Below the pieces are notes generated by a model that saw nothing but the letters and a program-made list of their open reading frames with translations, searched no databases and was not told the origin of the DNA. From Caecitellus pseudoparvulus (lineage: Eukaryota > Protista > Bigyra: Bicosoecida): a stretch of 64,000 bases of DNA. Shown here one piece after another: positions 58,701-64,000 of this stretch. The DNA lies in assembly GCA_965644315.1 (NCBI GenBank), contig CBFFRQ010000042.1:310001-374000 (forward strand). Direction: 5' to 3'. Every line of letters starts with the position of its first letter. The stretch's first letter is position 1. The position numbers were made by a program, and so were the translations under genes.

Positions 58701-59117
58701 GTGTGAGACGCCTACCCGCTGCATGGCCTCCTTCAGTTGCTGCGAGTGCGGCGGTGGTGATTTCGTCGAGCTACTGCCAGCCGCTTGCTGGGCTAAAACG
58801 CGTGGCTGAAGTGGCTTGCCATGGGCAGCGTGACTTTTTTCTTTGGGGCGTCTCTTCAGTGGCCTGAGGTCCACCCGGCGTCTGAACGTTTGGTTCCCGC
58901 TGCCAGCGTGACTTGGGGTCAATGCAACGGCAGTGCCGTGAGAGACCTCCGTGGCCCTGGCACCTGCACCAGTCACTGCTGGTGCGAGCACAGGCGGAAT
59001 TCCCTCCTTGGATTTTGCCCTCTTACTTTTCATACCCCCAGGTGCTGCAGGCCCTCGCAGAGACGCCTGCATGCCTGCGGCTTTGAGCTCGGCGCTCAGC
59101 CTGCGTTTCGTTGGCAT
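55746..59117 (-). CDS. Hypothetical ~1120-aa protein with coiled coils, IQ-like motif and WW-like domain
   Basis: Likely start MPTKRRL (ACCATG); AVLTLQRFARR (IQ-like); LPSNWE...YVNTKTGARCTSHP (WW-like with insert). The ORF extension upstream overlaps RPS16 antisense and is not supported. Confidence 0.65.
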   Translation of the reverse strand: MPTKRRLSAELKAAGMQASLRGPAAPGGMKSKRAKSKEGIPPVLAPAVTGAGARATEVSHGTAVALTPSHAGSGNQTFRRRVDLRPLKRRPKEKSHAAHGKPLQPRVLAQQAAGSSSTKSPPPHSQQLKEAMQRVGVSHPEELLHGAIPDLVKEFIPGKRSRSRVRSRRSMPGKDSSKLQQITSAYRPRQRRNPERPRRRDPQPQLMDEETSVHCLQELVECLAQRQMQQAQLARIMLGRARFFRDPSRVQGLVQDIGTMEAELQEAEGELLSQLERSVLFAGGPAAVQALTQALVSITQALTAELTDEVTAAVSADASEALKDDWRLRIGVLLHAVPAIGQGSFKQLVSQVEAARCKFTSELERFAEVGSFDDTGRREAEQWLTGMHSQAQLAMEMVWRVRESKRKARAVARAAAHSSNAARQDEAGAPGPPVGSSTTPSADLLQALEAHKASMKGGVQSTTPPGQPARPSKTHRQAAVIQAEAAVVAGIEDVRSGLRDMLAKARTRRQPSQGSTPAAQVSFSVPPSPAKLAAPEWDTQPLQRPLSVAAAPASPAAQPDLVGIPAWSSEVATSTPPRAARAALPSPSVSFQVSPISPAGSRAATQSVRSAKNTAAVSPSADRFEDSVRLELSQSTTPSPIKQVPFSSGLWNASLLQRTSPVQPSQSPQARSTAVDWAATAEALQEVTGEALDESKPPPSTARPGLLRAIKRRHAAVRRSIDTALSTVQQQNQHPQSPAKAQASATVHVPDVPTTFLHSLVAQHLSLWALRVLNRRRAAHAWHRNKSQSRWFQLVNLRAAAAPRRRRDRIDSAVLTLQRFARRVPALAAFQQRARAKAARQRRHRRQAFLDAAQLYDESKPVMEAACSTLSRASVLSSACEDLHTHMQARLQEQFQAWRARLLSELLRERLPSNWEVVHAGSHDTRPPPHRDLVAGEGLVSGVSYVNTKTGARCTSHPNMRRVKYIAKQQRAEAETCMQAAHETIRRFQEATRAAAEMSASSALASLSAAWALLQGNLSRRRQTRKSTEACPPSGKRFSPRHEHASAPDFSPLVSPTKQEPSQPVQVLELDEFALYERSQLAPGLAQQPTKKRPARDTRPSALTSMLETTKGRLTALLAKAMQ

Positions 59118-59462
59118 GGTTTTTGCGGCGTGGGCATAGCGGGGTGGGTGGACACACGATCGGCACGAGTGCCCACCTGCCACGTCTAAACACCTAACGT
59201 GGACGTGCAGCTGGACGATTTTGTCCCTACTGTCGTACACCAAGCCCACCAAAGCGCCTGGGCAGTAGCTTGGGATCTCAACACCCAGCCTTCCGTGCAG
59301 CAATTCATCGCGACAGCCAAATAAAAACGCGCGCATGCAAACTGTGATCTGAGTGCAGTTTGAGGCACCATCGAGGCTTTGCTTGCTCACTGCATCCCGC
59401 TTGTGCGTGTTGCGGAGATACTGACCAAGCCAATTCCGCAGTGCTATTCCATTCAGAGCACG

Positions 59463-59991
59463 ATGGTCACGAAGTTGCGCCTTGCCCGGTTTGGGCGCAA
59501 GAACAAGCCCTTTTACCGCATTGTCGCGGCTAACTCCCGCACCAAGCGCGATGGAAAGCCCCTGGAATACGTGCGTTTGGCGCTGCTGGACAGGCTGGTG
59601 GCGCATGGTCTCACCCTCCAGTCCGCGGCCCGCTCAGGTGGGAACGTACGACCCCATCCCCAATGAACGAGATGGAATGAAGGAACTCCGACTGCGCACT
59701 GACAGGATCAAGTTCTGGCTGGCCTCCGGTGCCCAGCCGACCGACACGGTAGCTGTTCTCTTGTGGAAAGCTGGCCTGATTCCTGCCCCGCCTGTGCGGT
59801 TCCAGCCCACAAAGTCCACCCCCAGAGCTGAAAGAGGACTCCACACACAAACCGATTCAATGGGCAGTGTGTGCATTGCCGGGAGGCCAGTGCAGCACCC
59901 TGCAGCTGCCCTGGCATCCGTTCAGATTGGCATGGCACGGCAGGTGCTTGCTGCTCTTCGCCAGGCACCCAGCACGGGCCTGGGCCGGTGA
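59463..59991 (+). CDS. MRPS16: Mitochondrial (bacterial-type) ribosomal protein S16; intron 59571-59637
   Basis: [65 protein letters not shown]. Confidence 0.93.
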
Positions 59992-60010
59992 CGCTTGCCT
60001 GCACCGGTCT

Positions 60011-61555
60011 TCACTGGTAGTATCCTTGAGCTTTCACTTCGCTGAACTGCGTGGCGAGGCGCGAGCACTTGCTTTGGTGGGCCTCCAGTCGAGCACTGTG
60101 CAGCTGGCGCGCCCAGCCAAGCGTCGCATCCAAGTACTTCTCAGGGCCCCCTTCGCCATAGTCTGCGTACTCAGTGGACAGACTCAGCGCTTTACGTATC
60201 TCAAGGGACAGCCCAGCGCCCTGTGGAACCTGCAGACGAAGAGGGGGGTGGGCATGTGTTTGGTTGCTCCGCCGGCAGCCTCTCAATGCACGGCTTACCT
60301 GCGCTGGCACTGCTGGCTCAATTTGGGTCCCCTCGCCCCATTCGTTCCAGGAAGTGATGCCGACACCTGCTGGCATCGGCGTCATGGACAGAGCCGCGTT
60401 CCACATGCTGTCGTAGTACTCGCCATCCCCACGGTTCTTGGTATTGTGCCTGTTCCAAGGCCGAATGCGGCTGTCATCGTAGCCTGGGCCCACACAGGGC
60501 ACGAAGAGTGCGCCATGGCGCCTCATGAGACTGTTCATGGACGCCCAGTGGCGCGGTGTGCTGCCGAAGCTGAACCCTGTGGATGCAAAGTAAGTGTAGG
60601 CGCCGTCGAAGCCGCCCCGCACCAGGTCTGGGCCATGCCCCCGGTCCAACCACAGCCCAATGAAAATGGCATCGTGGTCGCCCCCCCTCAAGGAAGCACT
60701 ACCACCTGCCGTCAGCAGTGCCGCCCAGTCGTCAGCGCTGATGTGGTAGCTGTCGTACACAAACAGCACCGGCAGGGGTTCAGGGCAAGAAACGTCGAAC
60801 AGCACAGACGTACTTGTCCCGTCAGCAACCACACCTTTGCATGCCTTGAACAGCGCGGGTGCGTGGCCATACTGCCGCTGCAGGTACTCAACATCTTCTG
60901 CGGTGCTGGCTGCTGAGCGGCCTGGGTACGGCTCCAGGTGAAAGGCCACCTTCAGGCCAGCTACTTCCGCCTGTTCGAGGACCATGGGAATGAGGCTGTC
61001 TGTGTTCACCCCTTGGGTGTCTGCCGTCCCGCGCACAGAGGGCCGACCCCACCAGCTCACCACCGCCACGCTGATGCCTGCACGGACCATGTCATGGAAG
61101 TGCTTCTGGACAACGTCAGGGTCTGCTGACGAATATGGCCCAAGCTGGGGGTAGAAGGGCGAATGCAGCTCGCCTTCTTCAGGCAGGAAGTGCACTGCGA
61201 ATGTAGGCAGGCAAGCTGGTCAGCTGCAGCGCACTCGGTCACTAGCTCCTGATGCGCGTGTGTGCTCACCGTCGGAAGGGTAGCGACGGCGTACATCTTC
61301 GCGCCAGTGAGGGAGCACGCTGTGGTTCCAGTGCCTCCACTCTCCATCGACTTCTGGCGTGCCGTACCACAAGTAGTATGCCTGTACGTGCCAGCCGCTG
61401 TGTGTGGAGCAGAGCAAACACCAGTTGCGTGGCAACGGGTTGCAGCTACGCACAGCGAACACTGGCCTCGTCGGAAATGGCTCCGCTCGAGCTGCAATGG
61501 AAGCCACAAAGATTGATGTCGCGGCGACCAGCCCCACAGCACGTGCCCGACGCAT
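60011..61555 (-). CDS. MANEA: GH99 glycoprotein endo-alpha-1,2-mannosidase (MANEA-like), multi-exon
   Basis: Signal peptide/anchor; YYLWYG..WRHWNH, FYPQLGPYSSAD, VAFHLEPY, FDGAYTYFA, PGYDD..IRPWN, ITSWNEWGEGTQIEPA (catalytic ExxE). Confidence 0.92.
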
Positions 61556-61962
61556 GGCTCGTGAAGGGCGATTCCCAGCGAAGCTCGCCGAAGCCTCGCA
61601 ATTTCCGCACGCCGACGGCACGTTATCGGCTGTAGATCAGCCAGTGCGGAAGGCCAATGCCGGGCGTTCCTGGCACATTTGAGCCGTTTTACGTGTTTGT
61701 CCAGCGGGGGCTCTGTCCCACCCAAGCATTGTTCGCGTCCGAAGGGGGGCGTGGCTGCCCTGTGCAGTCGGCAAGCTCGAAGCACCGTCATGCATCTCCA
61801 GCAGAGTGGGGGCAACCGCCAAGTGAGCGTGTCAATTCAGATGAACCCCTACCCCGTCTCCGTCACGCTTGCTAGTGCAGCTTTGGCTTAGGTGCCCATC
61901 AGCACCTTTGTGCTGCGCTGCAGCGTGGCAAGTCAACGCTGGCAAGAAACGCGCGCCCAGCC

Positions 61963-64000
61963 ATGCAGGGCCTGACAACCAGCACGGTGAACTTGAGCGG
62001 GGGTTTCGGGCTCAAACCAATTGAGCAGGGGCCGAAGGTGAGAAAGCAAGTTGCAGCGATTTCGTAAGTTGCAGCCCTGCCCGCTCGGGAAACGTGCTTG
62101 TGAGAGACAGCTGCGTCCCGTGCACGCGATCTCAGGGATGTGCCACGCCATTGCTGGAGACGAATCAAGTGCGAGGGCCCTTCACCGCCTGTGCGCACCA
62201 AGTGCTCGCTCATTGTGGAGGGAACGACCCTTGTCTTGCACGGAGGGGAGGGGAGCGGCATGTCGAATGGAGTGCATTGCCTGGACCTGGAGCAAACCGT
62301 CCAGGGCTGGAGCAGCCAGACGCCAGCTCCCGACCTAGGCATCCCTGCCGCATCCAGTCACTCGGCGACTGTAGTTGGACGAGAGATGGTCGTGTTTGGA
62401 GGGGAGGAGTTGGTGTCCGACGCGCAGGGTCAGAGGTTTAGGTGCCTGTTGAACAAGCTGTCCACATTCAACCTCGACGAGCAGAAGTGGATCGCCCTCC
62501 CCACCCTCGGCGTGCCTCCCACCTTTGCAGTGCCCATGCCTCGTAAAGGACACAGTGCGACGGCGTTGCCCCAGAACCGCATGCTGGTGCTGGGCGGCGC
62601 AGGCAAGGCTGGAGGGGCAACTGGTCCCCAGCACTACTGGTCGGACGCTTTTGTGTTGGACTGCAAAACATGGCTGTGGACAAAGCTCCGCCTGTTTGGT
62701 GCTGTTCCTGGGAAGCGAGGGGGGCACTCGGCGGCCCTGAAGGCCGGAACAAGTGAGGTGTTCATCTACGGTGGCTTGACCGACCCTGTCCGGTGCACCC
62801 CTGACGGGACACCGCTGCCGCTTAGTGCTTGCTCAGAGCGCACCCTGCACCCAGCCCTTGTTACTGTCCTGGATACCGAGTCGGGGCGCTGCTCTCCGTT
62901 CCTCACCGTTGGCGCCCACCCAGGCCCGTTGCATGACCATGCTGCTGTGTTTGACATCCGGAGCCCCACCCTCATGTACTTGTTCGGTGGCCGAAGGCAT
63001 GACGGCACTGTGAATGGCGACTTCTACATTCTAGACACAGAGGCTGCTGCCTGGACATGCGTCAGCAGGCACTCTGTTCGCCCGTCCTCTCCTCCCGCGG
63101 CTGGGTGGTCCTGGACTCCCCCGAGCCCGCGGTTCAGTAGTGCTGTGGCAGCGCTTGACGGCGGCTTCGTCGTGTTTGGAGGGTCTTCGTCTACTGGAAT
63201 GTGTGATGCCAGTGTATTTGTGCTCTCCACCCCAGCAATGGCAGTTGATCCCATGCGGGGTGCCGCCGCCCCTCGCCATTCCTGCATTGACACTCGCGAC
63301 GTGCTGCTGCATGACCGAGCAAAGCAAGGGCTGACAACGACGCAAGCCAGTGGTGATGCCCCCGCATCTACTCAAGCGTCGCTTGCTGTGGTTTCCCCCA
63401 CCCGTGAGCGTGCTGCACCAGAGCCAGCAGCATCCCTCACGCAGCGCCGGCCGCGCACGGAGCGACGAGACATGTGGCTGTACCAACACCAGCACATGGA
63501 CGTGTGGCGACTTGCCCTTCAAATCCCAACGACAGCCTTTCACATTGCAAATGGCCGCAGAAACCGGCGGGTAGGGGCCCAGCGCAGCGGTCCTACCGGC
63601 AGAGCAGCAGGCGCCTCGCGGCCCCAGTCTCCTTGGACGCTGGCTCGCCAACGGCGTGAAGAAGCCGAAGCTGCAGCAGCACTCCGTGAAAGTGCTGCTG
63701 CTAGCCGTCCCTGCAATCCGGAGGGTCGACCTTACTCAAGGCTGGGGGAGGGTCTCGCACCCCAATTTCAAGTGGAGATCGAGCCTGCCCTCTTCACATA
63801 CCCTGGCCGGCAATCGCGAGCACCGACACCAGCAGGTGAGCCAGAGTGGGGAGACAGCAGTTGCAGTGGCTGGCTGCCCCCCTCTTCGCCCTGCCTTTCC
63901 TCAGCAGCCCTAGAGTCCTCACATCATGGGACCAAGGTGCTCGGCAAGCCGGGCAAGTGGGGCGCCCAGGAGCGCTCCCTTGCCCCAGCCAAGCCGGGCA
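61963..64000 (+). CDS. Kelch-repeat (beta-propeller) protein, runs off window; probable intron 62064-62135
   Basis: Frame open from 62136 to the window end (absent from the ORF track because it has no stop): HSATVVGREMVVFGG, PRKGHSATALPQNRMLVLGG, RGGHSAAL..VFIYGG, MYLFGGR, PSPRFSSA..FVVFGG. Confidence 0.85.

Noticed and set aside
59118-59606. N-terminal extension of the 1286-aa minus ORF
   Set aside because: It overlaps RPS16 antisense and the divergent promoter; the likely start is at 59117.

Overview
GC-rich (roughly two-thirds G+C), very gene-dense eukaryotic nuclear DNA, most likely from a protist. A stramenopile such as a bicosoecid or MAST lineage is plausible but cannot be proven from this window. 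About 26 protein-coding genes can be reconstructed. Most are split by short (~60-160 nt) GT-AG spliceosomal introns with GTGCGT/GTGAGT donors, so the ORF track fragments them, and most short or antisense ORFs are GC artefacts. Housekeeping genes: PUS7, COX7a-like, Rac, ferroportin, LSM6, ATG22-like MFS, ALG3, WDR53-like, RPS21, GPKOW, NOB1, VPS24, RPB4, mitochondrial RPS16, GH99, kelch protein. Most interesting: (1) an intron-containing, bacterial-type 3-amino-sugar pathway pair (Gfo/Idh/MocA oxidoreductase plus a WbpE/GnnB-like DegT aminotransferase), with two bacterial-like type II membrane glycosyltransferases, in a glycan-gene-rich region; (2) a ~5,340-aa RhoGEF(DH)-PH-PH-PPR-coiled-coil fusion protein; (3) a recurring AATGCA hexamer at gene 3' ends, a candidate non-canonical poly(A) signal; (4) a CCaMK-architecture kinase ending in a CaaX box; (5) tandem O-fucosyltransferase-like paralogs with a homogenised 3' half. 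No rRNA, tRNA, CRISPR array or mobile element was recognised. All family assignments come from remembered motifs, not database searches.
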